A DNA stretch of 63,863 nt, counting the filler, from Choristocarpus tenellus KU-1152 (lineage: Eukaryota > Protista > Phaeophyceae): assembly GCA_964200185.2 (NCBI GenBank). It is 13 parts of 13 records of this genome, joined end to end, with 100 filler letters (N's around TTAATTAATTAA, not from the genome) between each part and the next. Parts side by side here need not be neighbours in the genome. Positions count along the whole stretch, not along the records: positions 10,334 to 14,022 come from CAXNAD020018509.1; positions 14,123 to 21,000 come from CAXNAD020007155.1; positions 21,101 to 24,064 come from CAXNAD020023318.1; positions 24,165 to 27,315 come from CAXNAD020021944.1; 9 more parts are not named here. One strand, written 5' to 3'. Made by a program: the position numbers and the translations under genes. Below, piece by piece: positions 11,199 to 24,196 of the stretch. The notes beneath the pieces were generated by a model. It had not been told where the DNA came from. It searched no databases and saw only the letters and a list, made by a program, of their open reading frames with translations. Each line of letters opens with the position of its first letter. Position 1 is the first letter of the stretch.

Positions 11199-12977
11199 TC
11201 GTCGGTTCGAGGAAATCTCCCGTCATGGCAGAAGGTGTTGTGTATGAACAGCGAGGGGGGATGGATGAAGGAGATCAAGTCGGCACCGCCTATACCCAGG
11301 GATGCAGTACAGCCCACTCCGGACGATCTGGCATACATTGTCATGAGGTGAGGTACAACTGCAGAGACAAGAGTCTAGGTGGAACAGCAATCTACTTGAA
11401 GAAGTGTTTGGGTGTACGATACTTGAACTAGATTAAATGTGTATATATGTATATGTATGTATATATATATATATATATATATGAAAAATTTATTTATTTC
11501 TTAACTCCAGGAGTTGCTACTCCTGTTGCATGCTTTTTTGGTGTCGTCAGTGTGAATGAAAAAATATATTTATATAAATAAAAATATATATACTCTAGCG
11601 TTCCTTTCACCTACTTCCTGTCATGCATCTACTTTTCTTTATTCGAATCCCATCTTTCATACTCCATCTTTCATCCCCATCCCCCCCTACTGCTCAACTC
11701 CTCCCCCAATCCTCACTACCTCTTACCACCTCTTCTCAGCTCTGGTACCACCGGTGCCCCGAAGGGTATCTGTTGTCCCCACCGTGGAGCAGTCCATTCT
11801 TACCACCATCGGCTGATTCACTACCCTTACCAAGAAGGGGACAGGGAGGCGTGCAATGTGTTTTTTGTGTGGGAGATGCTTCGACCGTTGTTGGGGGGGA
11901 TGGAGTTGGCGGGAGGGAAGGCTGTACCTCTTTACGTCATTCCCGACGATTACATTTATGATCCGACAAGGTGAGGTACAGATAGGTTTCAATTTTTGTA
12001 CGTGTAAACCATGGGAAGGGTCTCATCTCCGTGTGGTTGGATTGTTGATTTTGATGTTCAGTTGATGTTGATGTTGATGTTGTAGTAGTGCTCTCTCTCA
12101 GAGGCATTTGTTTAGTTGGGGGATGGTGTAGGGTGGAGGCCGATAAAATAGGCTGTAGTAGCAGAGTATCGCTAACTCATTTTTTTTATATATATATAAT
12201 ATTTATTTATTTTTGAGGTGGTGAATGAAAGAAGGAAATGTATATTATGTGGGAATGAAGTAGGGGTTTACTTCTGTTCTGATATTACTTTTTTGGGGTT
12301 TTTTTTATTTAATGCTGAAATGTGTGTACGCCTTCCACCTTGTCTCCTCTTTCTTACCTATCAATTTTTCGAGAGATTGTCGGGCGTGCTATAGACGTAT
12401 GTCTAAATGTACTCATGTAGATGGAATCGTATTTCGTTTGTCTTTTTTGTGGGAGGGAGACTTCCAAAAATTGTTGTATGTTGTATTCAAGTCGTAGACT
12501 AGTGATTTTAGTGATCTTAGCATCAACTACTTGAAAATCGAGCTTTGCTTTTTTGGGTGTGTGTGTTTTTCCTTTTTCCTTTTTTTTCAGTTCAATAAGA
12601 ATAAAAAATATATTTCTTGCAAAAAACTTTATTTTTATTTTATTTTTATTATTCAAATGTCTACATTCTTGCTTGGAATCCACTGTCTGTGCGATCACTT
12701 TTTTTTATGTGTTCTCTTTTTGATATTATATACAATCGCATTTCTTTTTTCTTACGTGTGATCTCTTTATTTTTTAATATGTGACCACTTTTTTTCTTTT
12801 TTTTTCGGAGTTAAGGCTGGTGAGGTACCTGGGAGAGAACGCCATCACCCGCATGTTGTTCACACCCTCTCTACTTCAAGTGGTCCTGGATACATGCAGC
12901 CCAGAGGAGCTTAGGGCAGGCATGCGAACCATGCGCATCATATGGCTCTGTGGGGAGGTTGTCACAGTGGAGCTGAG
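11199..12977 (+). CDS. NRPS-like adenylation domain (internal exons), similar to glycine-betaine reductase ATRR-type A domains
   Basis: Exons 11199-11347, 11740-11970 and 12816-12977 have AG/GT borders and matching phases. They splice to ...DDLAYIVMSSGTTGAPKGICCPHRGAVHSY...GDREACNVFFVWEMLRPLLGG...YVIPDDYIYDPTRLVRYLGENAITRMLFTPSLL...IWLCGEVVTVEL, containing the A3 P-loop SSGTTGxPKG. The first two exons are in frames absent from the ORF track. Confidence 0.92.
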
Positions 12978-13127
12978 GTATGGGAAGGAAGTGTGCTGCA
13001 TATTTTTTTAATATCTGGGATCTCTGTTTTGACCTGATGGTCATCACAGCTCTTATCACAGCTCACAAAACAGGCCAAGGAGTGGGGTGGTTGTTGTCAG
13101 GGTGAAAAAACGACAGTGGCAATCAAC

Positions 13128-13320
13128 CACTACTCAAGTACATTACTATTCGAGTAAAGTACTGCTCAAGTAAAGTACTCAAGGATAGTACTATTCAAAT
13201 ATACAAACACATGTTGGTGACACTTATTCTACAACTATACTACTAAAGTACAGGACCACCCTAGGATAGTACTACCCAAGTATAGCACTACTCAAGTACA
13301 GTACCAATGAAGTACAGTAG
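13128..13320. repeat. Degenerate ~16-bp minisatellite in an intron
   Basis: Units resemble NAGTACTACTCAAGTA (e.g. aagtactgctcaagta, tagtactacccaagta, tagcactactcaagta, cagtaccaatgaagta). Confidence 0.75.
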
Positions 13321-13917
13321 TTGTGACCTCTTCTCGGAGCGTGGGCGGATGGGTGACGTCTAGGTCTTAGGGAAGGAGCTATCAGTGTTAGAACATTGTT
13401 ATGAAATTGTCTGGGTGTTGTGTTCTTTTTTTATTTATTTTTTTGCAATTTGAGTGTTACTCGTGTGAGCATGTCAACTGGAGCAGGTAGGGTGTTTGTG
13501 TCTCTTTTTTGTGTGTATTGTGTGGGGTCTTGGTTTTGCACAGTGTGCTTTCTGTGTTATGTTAGGTGGAGGCAATACTCTAGCAGTCCCCAGGTACCCA
13601 GGAAACTTTTGTAAGTGCCCATGCCTGGAGGTAAAGATACACAGGGCAGTAACTGCCCAGTTTTCAGCCTATGCCTGTTAAGTATTAGTAGAGGCGCAAA
13701 ACAAGGTATACCTTGCCTGGTCTATATATCCATTCGAGCCCTCCGCTACCAGTTCACAAGATATTAACTTTTTGTTATCTTGCCCTAGAAACTAAAGTGA
13801 GAACAATGAATACATACAGGGTGTTGCTATTACGTGCGTTGACATTGTAACATGGAGACTCCACTACGATTGATGCTGTACCGCATGTCATTTTTATTAT
13901 TATTATGTTCTTGAGTG

Positions 13918-13965
<48 letters not shown>

Positions 13966-15499
13966 ACCCCACCACTACCACTACTATCAACAACCTCCCA
14001 CAACCCACCACCCCCGGCGAACNNNNNNNNNNNNNNNNNNNNNNNNNNNNNNNNNNNNNNNNNNNNTTAATTAATTAANNNNNNNNNNNNNNNNNNNNNN
14101 NNNNNNNNNNNNNNNNNNNNNNCCCCCCCAGATACTTTGGATGATCTGTCACTTCTATTATCAATCCTGCTGGTGTTAGACTACACTCCCAGAGATTTTG
14201 TGTTACGCACTGTTTTGTATCGCAATAGTCATATCTGGAATGCTGGACAGTTTGGTGACAGCTTCGAACTTAACTGCAAGAGTTGGATGGCAGTTCCCGT
14301 CATACTGAGTGTACTCTCTCATGGCTTACAGTCCTTTATCTCCTTGACTCAGTAGTGGTTAGTCTCGATCAAGGTGGGAACAAACACAGTAGAGTTTGGA
14401 ATCTCGTTTTTATTTTTGTCTGGCGCATATTATGCACTGGCAATTGGAAAGTGTCCTTTTAAGTCAGTTCAAGGTACCAGTTTGTCAATGAAACCTGTGT
14501 CACATTTGGATCGTCATTACTTTCTATCAATAATGTTTTGATCGTGACATAATATTAAAAAAAACAACTAGTTCAGTCTTCTGTGATTCACAGGATTGGT
14601 CTAGTCACTCAAACCTTGAATGTAGTAGAACTCAGACCTGAGTTATGACTCACAGTACACGCAACTGATTGCTCAATCACTACCAAGACCACCTCTCCTG
14701 TTACTTGAGCGACATTTAACTATAGAATTTAACTATGAACACATGTGATTAAAAAGAGCCCTGTGCAGAGTATCAGGAAAAAAGTATTGTAGTGGCTGTT
14801 TCAGAGCTGAGCAACCCACCACCAGTTCTAAAGTGAACCGATTCAATAGGATTGCGTGCCACACCTTCACTAGAGATTTCAGAGGTGCCCTGAGAAAGAC
14901 AAAAGTTGCTGTCATGACAGAAATGAGCCTTGATTGTCTTGTTCCTCTTCAGGGATGTGGCAGCAGTTTCTGTCCTACCGTCCTTTTCCCATGCTCTACA
15001 ACTTGAGTCGCCTTACTATGTCTCACAATGATTTTGTCTGTTGGCATGTACATCAACTCATTAGAATCAAATACATCACATACACATGAGCATATTAATA
15101 TTTGCGATCTATTGCACCCACCTCGGCAAAACATCACCTTTACATAATGAAGGCACCTTCTTTGGACTCATTAAAGGCAGAGAGAGAGAGAGAGAGATGG
15201 AGAGACTGTGATCACTACCAGCTCCACCTACACTGTAACAGGGGTGTAGTTTATAGTCAGTGGTGCGGTATTGACCTCAAAAGAAGACATTGATAACATA
15301 TTGGGCTTAGATCATACCATCAGCAACGATCATCATCACACTGTGATCCTGGCCTGCAGACTCCTCCCACATATTTGATGAGTGTCAACTTCCAATTTAT
15401 CAGGAGAAATGGCACAATGCCACATACTGTACCTATATTTACATCCCTGAAGTCAACTCTAAGTTTTTCACAGAAGAACACTACAACACTATTTGCCTC

Positions 15500-16345
15500 T
15501 CATGGCATACAGTAGTGCCTCTTCCACGCATCTTGTTTCTTCTGTGACCAAACACACCTAGCTCTCTGACGCGACCTCTGATTCATCTCCTCATCTCCCC
15601 CTCCTCCATCTCCAACTCCCTGCTCAAGCCCCTGTGCACCAACTTGGAAGTCGAGACCAACCTTGCATAGAGGCTGGGATGTAGTCCGTATATTGATCAC
15701 GCCTTGATTGTCAACAGAAGCCTTGGAAGAGAGAGCGGTACCTGCTATGGGAGCCCTAGCATCTGATGATCGCTGCCCACCCCCAGTTATCAATGCCGCC
15801 CTTATCCCCTTCCCCACTGCAAGAAAATTTTCGGCTTGCCTTGGGTGCACAACCCTCTTCTCAGTCCCCCCTTCCCTCCTCCTAGTCCCCTGTCTACCCA
15901 CCAAAGTCCCTCCACTGCCTCCTCTGGACTCACCTCCTCCATCACTTCCATGATGAAATCCCTCCATTAGTATGTCCCTCCCTACTTTGCCCTCCCATAC
16001 TAAACCATCAGTTTCTGAAATGACTTCTGTGGTGTTGACCACCTTCTGAATGGAGGCTTCCATCTGGTCAAGAGAGTCTTCCAGCCTCTGTAGGGAGGAT
16101 TCGACCCTTGCCAGCTGTTGGGCGTTTCGTGGTGTAGGTCCCAGTGAATTGGGTGTGCGATATCTGGCGAGAACAGGGGCTGTGGCATGACTCCTAGGTG
16201 CTGGCGTAGGTGTTGGCGTAGGAGATGGTGCCACTGAGGTCTTAACTGTTGTTGCCTCCCCCACTGAGGGTTCGAATAGGGTCTCATCAGAGAGAGAGGC
16301 CCGAACCACTGGTGGATGAGTCACTACTGGTAGATGATGGTGCGT
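15500..16345 (-). CDS. Large probable terminal exon of an unknown protein with a coiled coil and low-complexity segments
   Basis: 274-aa ORF, extended in frame to a pyrimidine-rich acceptor (ttccacag) at 16346. Heptad segment LARVESSLQRLEDSLDQMEASIQKVV; P/T- and G-rich tracts. Confidence 0.55.
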   Translation of the reverse strand, partial: THHHLPVVTHPPVVRASLSDETLFEPSVGEATTVKTSVAPSPTPTPTPAPRSHATAPVLARYRTPNSLGPTPRNAQQLARVESSLQRLEDSLDQMEASIQKVVNTTEVISETDGLVWEGKVGRDILMEGFHHGSDGGGESRGGSGGTLVGRQGTRRREGGTEKRVVHPRQAENFLAVGKGIRAALITGGGQRSSDARAPIAGTALSSKASVDNQGVINIRTTSQPLCKVGLDFQVGAQGLEQGVGDGGGGDEEMNQRSRQRARCVWSQKKQDAWKRHYCMP

Positions 16346-16751
16346 CTGTGGAATTGAGGGTAATTGTGCATGGGTTGAGGACTTGGATGGGCAACAATGA
16401 ATGAATTGGTTAGTATTTGCTATCGTTTTCTATTTTAATAAATTGAATTTGTGGTGTGTTATCCGTTGCTTCAGTTTTTTTATTTTACCATGGATCACTT
16501 GAATGTGCTTTGACCTACTATCCAATGTTGTAGCAATTGTGATACTGACATGAACCTAAAGTCTACCCTTCTGTCATCTGTGTTGCTTCATGTAATGACA
16601 TTTCCCATCCAGTAGTGACAAGAAGGTTAACTCATCATCTTCTTGCCCAGAGAGGAAAAACAACTTGTTTACTGCCGTTGCATTTGTAAAAGGGCACTTG
16701 CAAAAGTCAAGAATACTGTAAAACTTACTCCCCTTGAATAATAATCTCACC

Positions 16752-17870
16752 TGCAACATGAACAACTTCAAGGGAAAAAAATGCCTGTATCGATTTGCTT
16801 CTTCTGCCTTTTTCAATAGCTTATCGATGGCGAATGATTCATCTGTCGTTAACCTGAAGTCCTCCTCGAGAAGATGACTTCAAAGACTTACTCTAACTTC
16901 AAAATTTCGAGAAGCCACCTGCCAACAGATCTTCTGTTGGCAGCAAGTGGTTGACGTCTATTGATGTGATATAACTCTCCACTTGGTACAACCCAAATAG
17001 CACCAAGTACTCCAAGCAAATGTGCTAAATATAACAAGGATAATATTTATAATCTGGGTAGTTCGATACTAACCCCCCATTCAGTAACTAATAATTTGCT
17101 TTAATAACAACAGCAACGGGATAAATATCTCTTCATGTGTAGTAAAGGCACTTCCCAATATTACTACTCTCCATCACACCTTTCTACCTAGCGCTGTACC
17201 CGGTTTCGAACCTGGTCCAATCACATTTCTTACTACTACTACTACTACCAAAATGATCAGACAATAGCGAGTGAGTCCTTGGAGTATTAATTCTGCCCCT
17301 CCCAGCAGGCACATTTACTAGTATCATAAGAATATACACATCTCCAACAAACGGGCAAACTCAACACCCCTGTATGCAAGGTCTGGAATCGTGTTCAGTC
17401 AGATGATGAAGGAAGCCTATCTCTCTATGGTCTTTTACGTCCCAAACAAAAAATACTTTGAAGTACGAAAGACTAACAACATCACCCTACTGATAAAACC
17501 CACACCTGTATCCCACCAATTAAAATTGGTGGAGGCAATTGCCCAAGGTTAACTGAATGAAAAATGTTTGGAGATGGCTGGCCTCGCCCAGGCTGAGGCC
17601 CTGGTTCTAGATCTAGCTCAGGGGTAGGGATGGGGTCATATTCAAGAGGAGTCACTGGCAAGCGGGCAGGGACAACTGCCAATGACTCCCCCAGCCCATC
17701 TCCCCCATTTGCTTGTGTTCTGAAAGGAACAACAAGACTGGTGTCAATCCAGTACAAGGGTCTCGGCAGATTCACCTCCTCCATGTATTCCACTACAGCT
17801 GCAATCGGCATACCGTTACGTCCCTTGGTCTGAATGCTATCCTCATGCATCACCTTCTGCTATCTCCCTG
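16752..17870 (-). pseudogene. Exon-like fragments with in-frame stops (decayed gene or TE)
   Basis: ~16752-16918 reads VASRNFEVRVSL*SHLLEEDF...FFPLKLFMLQ between AG and GT. A 123-aa ORF at 17482-17853 has an internal CAG|GT. No family recognised. Confidence 0.3.
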
Positions 17871-20800
17871 CCTTCAGCAAGTCAGGGTAGGATATATGAC
17901 TTCCTTGAGTGACTCATAATGGCCGAATTCAGAATGAGTGACAACAAGCATTATCAAGAAGGGTGTCATACAGATCTGAGAGGGAACCGCGACAGTACAA
18001 GGGGTGGCTCGCACTCACGCACTCCTACTCCTACAACAGTTGAAAAGAACCATCTCTCAGTTCTTTGGAATGAGTTCCCTCCGGTAAGTCGACGTCCAAA
18101 GATGATTGTGTTCTATTTCGTTGTCTCATATGGTACGAATATCACCAGGCTTCATGTCGCCCGTTCTCTCTTCTGTTCATCGCGGGTTTCTGGTTTCGCT
18201 GCTCGCTACTATTATTCTTGTTAAAACTCCTCCCTTCTATCCCATCTCGATGGTAGCACTTCATCCCGTGCCCCCATCCACCTACATATAGACATATGTT
18301 CGACCCCCCCCCACCTAGAATCACCCATTGGTTGCCGTGGGCGTAAGGCCGTTGACTTCTTTCCATATTTCACCGTTTCAGACTCGTTGGCACACAATGC
18401 TACCACTGCACTATTTGTCTGTTCACTGCTTGATATAGTCACTGAAGCGTTGGTGGAAGGTCCCCAAAAAATATTACTAGGAAGTGTTCCAGAGATTTCT
18501 TACAAGAAGAGGTGGATTCATCTGACCCTTTAGGGTTGGAAGCAAAAACGGAGATCGAGCCCTTTGCATGTTGGGAGGGGATAGAATGATACTCATCAAT
18601 ACATGTATCATCATCTAGAGGTTGGTACGAACCTAATGGTGAAACGAGGTTCTCGTGCAAAGTGGAGGCAACCAAGCACAGACAGGTAGCTGTTGTTGTT
18701 CACGCTTTCTAGACACGCTGTGCCTTCGCACCATGAAAGACCTACCTCATCTTAATATCTTCGTTCACCCGCCAGCGATGATGTCGAGATATCTTCTCCT
18801 AGGAACTACCTGTCAGTACGTACACAAGTACTACTCGTAATAAATACTATTATATGTTTGGTGTTTTCGCAATCAATGAAGTCTTTTTTGGGTGTATGCA
18901 GGAAGAACAAAACAACGCATCAACAACATGGCATCATGGAATAACAACCAACCAACATCGAACAAGTTTTTTAAATTATTGACCAGACCACTTCCTCCAC
19001 AGTGCAACATAGAGGAAGTACCATTTCAAAATACCTGCTGACTTATGACATATAATTGAACTCACCTTCCTTCAAATATTGTTGGTCGAATCAGCATGTT
19101 GGTGTTACTATAATAGATAGTGAACGTCTGTCACCGAAAATAATGAGAGACCTATCATCATGGGCGACCATTTCAGTATACTCTCTACTACATACATACA
19201 GAAGATTCTAGATGCGTTTAGATATAGTTACAGTTAATTGTGTTCAATTGTAGTAGTAGTAGTAGTAGTAATATTAATGATGTCATTATTAGCGCAACAA
19301 TTGGTTACTATGTTCCATGAAAGGTGTCACTAAAACCAGCAATCAATGTGTAGAACATTCATTCGCCGAACGGCGACGTTTCGATATCTTTCTAACCTCA
19401 GGCTTTTTGACCTTCGTCAGAATTTCACACACACCCTCTCTGCCTTCTGGTTGCCAATAGCTATGTGTGTGATTATTATACACATACATGCAAAACATGC
19501 ATAATACAATGCTAATTCTATCATATTCTGGAGTATTCTTCGAAGTATACCACACGTTGACTTTATCTTCTTAGACTGGCTGCAGGGACAGGCCCCAGGT
19601 GTTCTACGATTGGGAGGATATCTTCATTCATTCACCTCGTCGTCATATCATCATCCTCAAACCTTTCCGGTCCACGTTCACGACTGGCAGTGGGTCATCA
19701 CGCACACACACGCATACTGTGTATTTATAGAAAAGAAAATAAGTTATTTGTTCTCCCTTCTGTAGGGTACATATTGATGGCATCATTGCTGTGGTGATGG
19801 TAGCTAGCAGAAGGGACCTAAGCATGAGCTATTGATGCTGCAGCATTAGCCGTAGATGTAGTATTATTGGTGCTGAAGTCCTAGTTGCTTCAATCACACC
19901 AAGAAAAAGTAGTCCAGAGGCGTTACACATTATTGGTAGTACAACGTTGCAGTAGTCTAGGGGTAATACTTACAGCTCTTTAAATACAGAGCAGAACTTG
20001 ATTGTCTTAGGTGTACACTCACAAACAACTAACTTACCCCATAGAACTGCAGATAACTGCAAAAGCCTCATATTTATTTACTAACGACCTAGGTAGGGAC
20101 AAACATGGGTCATCTCAGTTTTGCAGTATCGAGTATCCTCTGCAGATTTATAATTCGAAGTAATAGCTTTTTGCTGGAGTGACACATCGTAAAAGTCTCT
20201 TAATTACAAAAGACACTACAATAAGATTGTTACTGTTGGGAAGGGCAAATAAAAATCCAAGTAGCCTCCCGACGATTCAAGGTCACCACAGGAAATACTG
20301 AGTAGATCCATGTAAAAACATCAATAATAGTTGTCAACGATCCTGGTCAGCGGAAGGGGAAGATTACACTCTTTTCACATCGTACTCTACCTATCAAGGT
20401 GGGAAGTTCTCAATCGCGTTTTTTTTAGTTACTCCGACTAAATTGGGGTTAGTTACGTAGTTACCTCGGTTCAGGAGTGTCTGAAGGGGAGGACATGTTT
20501 CAAGGCTCCTCTTACCATTCGACAAGGGTTATACCAGATAGGGTAAGGTTGTATGCCTACCAAGATACTTTCGGATCACATTCTCTAGCGATGGAATCAT
20601 TCATTTATGCGCAATAATACGTGCTCTCTTCTTCTTCAAAGCTACGCGAGTGTTATGTGACTGAGCTTATTATATCAGAACGATAGTGTGCCAATCTTGT
20701 GTCAAATTCCCTTCACGACAAGTGTAATACATACATCCTCAAGTCAAAATGCAAGGGCGGCATGACATTTTCAACCCCCCTTCTTTTGTGACTCTCTCCA

Positions 20801-20929
20801 TTGGTAATTGTCATTCAACTCGAGATAGCGTACACAAGATAATGTAAACACTCTGCTGGAGAAAATAGTAATATTTTTCTCCTTCTCCAGTAGCTGTAGT
20901 GCTGATAGCGAAGGTATATTAAGCACAAG

Positions 20930-21000
20930 TGTTACAGGCGCCCCTATGCTAACCTTCCAGGATGTACAACTCAAATCCAACGACCTCAAAACGACGCTAC
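20930..21000 (+). mobile_element. Terminus of a repeat family (probable LTR, TGTTACA...)
   Basis: Near-identical sequence occurs reverse-complemented at 21101-21170 on the next contig; begins TG. Confidence 0.6.
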
Positions 21001-21100
21001 NNNNNNNNNNNNNNNNNNNNNNNNNNNNNNNNNNNNNNNNNNNNTTAATTAATTAANNNNNNNNNNNNNNNNNNNNNNNNNNNNNNNNNNNNNNNNNNNN

Positions 21101-21170
21101 GCATCGTTTTAAGGTCGTTGGATTTGAGTTGTACATCCTGGAAGGTGAGCATTGAGGGGCGCCTGTAACA
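21101..21170 (-). mobile_element. Second copy of the TGTTACAGGCGCCCC terminus
   Basis: Reverse complement of 20930-21000 with a few substitutions. Confidence 0.6.
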
Positions 21171-22774
21171 ATAACTTCTTACATCAAGAAGAAAAAACAA
21201 AGAAGAAACAAGAATACAAGCTTGAATCCTTATCTAACATAACTAATGTCCCGCATAGTATGCTTGTGTGTATGATAGGTAGTGACTGTTCCTATGCTTT
21301 CTATCCATTGTGTTGTTCTTACAGTGGCTGAGTAGGGTGCGACGAATATCTAATGGTGGGAATGGAAATAGCGACCATTACAATCGACCAATCAGCATTC
21401 AGTGTGAGCTGACGATGGTGTATCATATTGAAACAAATCGAATGAGTAGTAGCCTATGTTTTAACACATACTGTCTTCTTGTCCACCGCTGGTAGTATGA
21501 TCTTCTTCTTAATTGGCGATTTCCATACTCAACTTCTTAACTAAGTCACCGTCCAATTGCTAGCATGCCAAAGTCTGGCGTCTCTCATACTCTTTCACGT
21601 GTATGTGTCGACTATGCAAGAGCTTGACGGCCCAATGACTCAATGTCCCTGCCCTGTTTCGTTCCATGGACACAGGAAGCCTTGAAAGTACATCGAGACG
21701 TGCAGGGATTCTGTTCTAGGATTTCTGTGGTTTGGAGTTGTCAACTCAACAGAGCAGATGCCCGATCGGAATGGTGTGCCCAAGAAGGTACTTCACATAT
21801 TCAAGCACATCATCACCATTCTTGCCCATATTGCTATCTACGGGGTGATCATACGTACATAGTAGCAAGCTCAAGTGTCCCTCTGCCCTACCTACTAGTT
21901 TGTTGGGTCGCAGGTGCAGGTAACGCTGCTACGACTACAACAATGACGAAGACTGCAATTTGTGGGTACAGATTAAATGGATGAGAGGTGGTTGCAGAGG
22001 CATCCTGCACAAGCTTATTTTTGTTTCCCCCCCTTTACCCGTGTGTATTCATTCACATGCCCGTGCTTCATTTCTTGTGGACACCTACCCCCGTGTTGTC
22101 CTCCTCCTGTGCATATTGGCGCATAGGGTAGGTTTGCTCATACCACTGCTAAAATAGTTCCTCTTCTCCTATATAAATATTTCTTCCATAATAATATTCT
22201 ACTTTGAAGTAGTACTATATTTTTTGTAGACCTCCCTCCATGTGTGGTCAATTTTTGAAGGATCATTGCTGCTTCCAGGCTTCAACAGGACTATATCTAT
22301 CCAACTATTCTTGCGATGGAAATTCGAATCCTATCCATAGTAATAGTGTTGACCAAACCTGATTCCCAGGGTATACATTCGTTGTTGCTTTGTGTACAAT
22401 AAGGACAGATAAGCCATTCTTGCGCCAGTTGTTTAGATCGACCTCACAATGTCAGCATCCATGAAGTATGAAGAGTACGCACCAATAATAATCATGACAA
22501 GACATACCTTTGTTGTGGGTGCGTAACTTGTGATGTTCTATATATATATTTCTGTTGATGTGCCTGGCCAAAAAACTCCAACACACACATAGTATATCTT
22601 AGATCTGCATTTTGTTCAATGTGCCTTGATGCACAGTGGTAGGTGTTGCATTACGTTCCCCGATTAGCTTTGCTTGATACAACAATAAATAATTAAAAAA
22701 AGACCATGCTCTTCAATGCACAAACCAAACCTCTAATCACCACCACACACATTCACGCAACTAACCACGCATAA

Positions 22775-23620
22775 TCAAATAAGAGACTGCTTGCTTATAT
22801 GCTCAATTGCATCCTCCAGACATATGTGTGCCACTCCTCCAGCTTTTTGCTTGCACAATGAGAAATCGCCAACTCTTACGACCTCCTGCAAGGCTTGAAT
22901 ACCAACAACCCCCTGCCCCACTTTACCACCCTGCCTGAACCGTAACACCATTCAATACGGTCAAACCAGTGAAGGCAGTGAGTATGCTCTCATACACCAG
23001 AGAGACAAGAGTATGGACGAAGGTGGTGCATGATGGAGGACAATCGCCTCAAAGCGATGCCCCCCTCTCCTCTCCTCTCCAGTACAATACACCAAGCAAT
23101 AAAACAACAAAAACAATAACATACAAGGTGTTGTTCAGCAAATGCTGCTGCTACAGCGTAAGATTGTACTTAATAATACTGTGCAACCAAGAGTTGCTCA
23201 TTGGTGTGCCAAACAATGATCTCGAAACAGGAAGTTGGCATCCACGCCCAACATCCGCACACCATATACACATCAAATAAAGCACAAAGTAGTACAAAAG
23301 AAACACAAGAAACTAACTGCGCTCAACATGGACGATACACAGACACACACAGACACAACAATTTTCTCTCTGGGCCCGTGGGTACAGATCACGAGGGCGA
23401 TCAGTTATCAAGTCAGTCAGTTGCTGCATCCTCAAACCACTACGTAAAACCTGAGGCTGCCACGGGCAAATACATGAAAAAAACAAAAACCTCGTGACCA
23501 TTTTTAACTTCAAATGCCAACACCAGCCATGACATGACATGGCATGGCTTGCTTGCTTGTTGTGTATGCCTCCACACAACACCTTTCCAAATACCCTGCT
23601 ACTGCCTCCTCCTCTTTCTC
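22775..23620 (-). CDS. Possible small exons of an unknown gene
   Basis: Short open frames after pyrimidine-rich CAG acceptors: EKEEEAVAGYLER (~23582-23620), PQVLRSGLRMQQLTDLITDRPRDLYPRAQ (~23365-23456) and EVVRVGDFSLCKQKAGGVAHICLEDAIEHISKQSLI* (~22775-22885). Confidence 0.3.
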
Positions 23621-24196
23621 TGGAAGTATAAGGACCAGGCAGGGTGGAAAATATGCACTGAACCTAACATAAAACGCACCACACATAGTACTCCCCACTG
23701 ACTTTTTCAAGGCAGGTAGGCTTACCCTTGAAGTGAGGGATGCATACCAAGACCTATTTGTTCAAGACCAACACACTGATTGCTCTTCCTACTTGGACCA
23801 CCAACCCCACAAAAATCAGCACTCAGTCAGTCACCTCACTCACCACCACAACAAATGCCAGTCATTCGCATCAACAATGTCAAGACACCTACAATAAAAG
23901 CAAAAAACGTGAGGATCGGATAAAATAGAAAGGGGTGAGGAGCACACAGCATGGATGATTAAGGGGAGGGGGGTGGGGGGAAGAGGGGGGGGGAAGGGAA
24001 GGGGGAAGCCATGGCAACAAATCACAGCAGTCACACAAATAACTGCAGATGAATGGATAGATAANNNNNNNNNNNNNNNNNNNNNNNNNNNNNNNNNNNN
24101 NNNNNNNNTTAATTAATTAANNNNNNNNNNNNNNNNNNNNNNNNNNNNNNNNNNNNNNNNNNNNCCCCCCCCAACAGATACTTTGAGACCACTTGA

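Noticed and set aside
11670-11905. Hairpin CATCCCCCCC/GGGGGGGATG
   Set aside because: One arm is coding sequence and the other a polypyrimidine tract. It is a chance match and a caution for the other short stems.
20930-21170. A single TIR element spanning the gap
   Set aside because: The two copies are on different contigs, differ in sequence, and their flanks (ACAAG/ATAAC) give no TSD.
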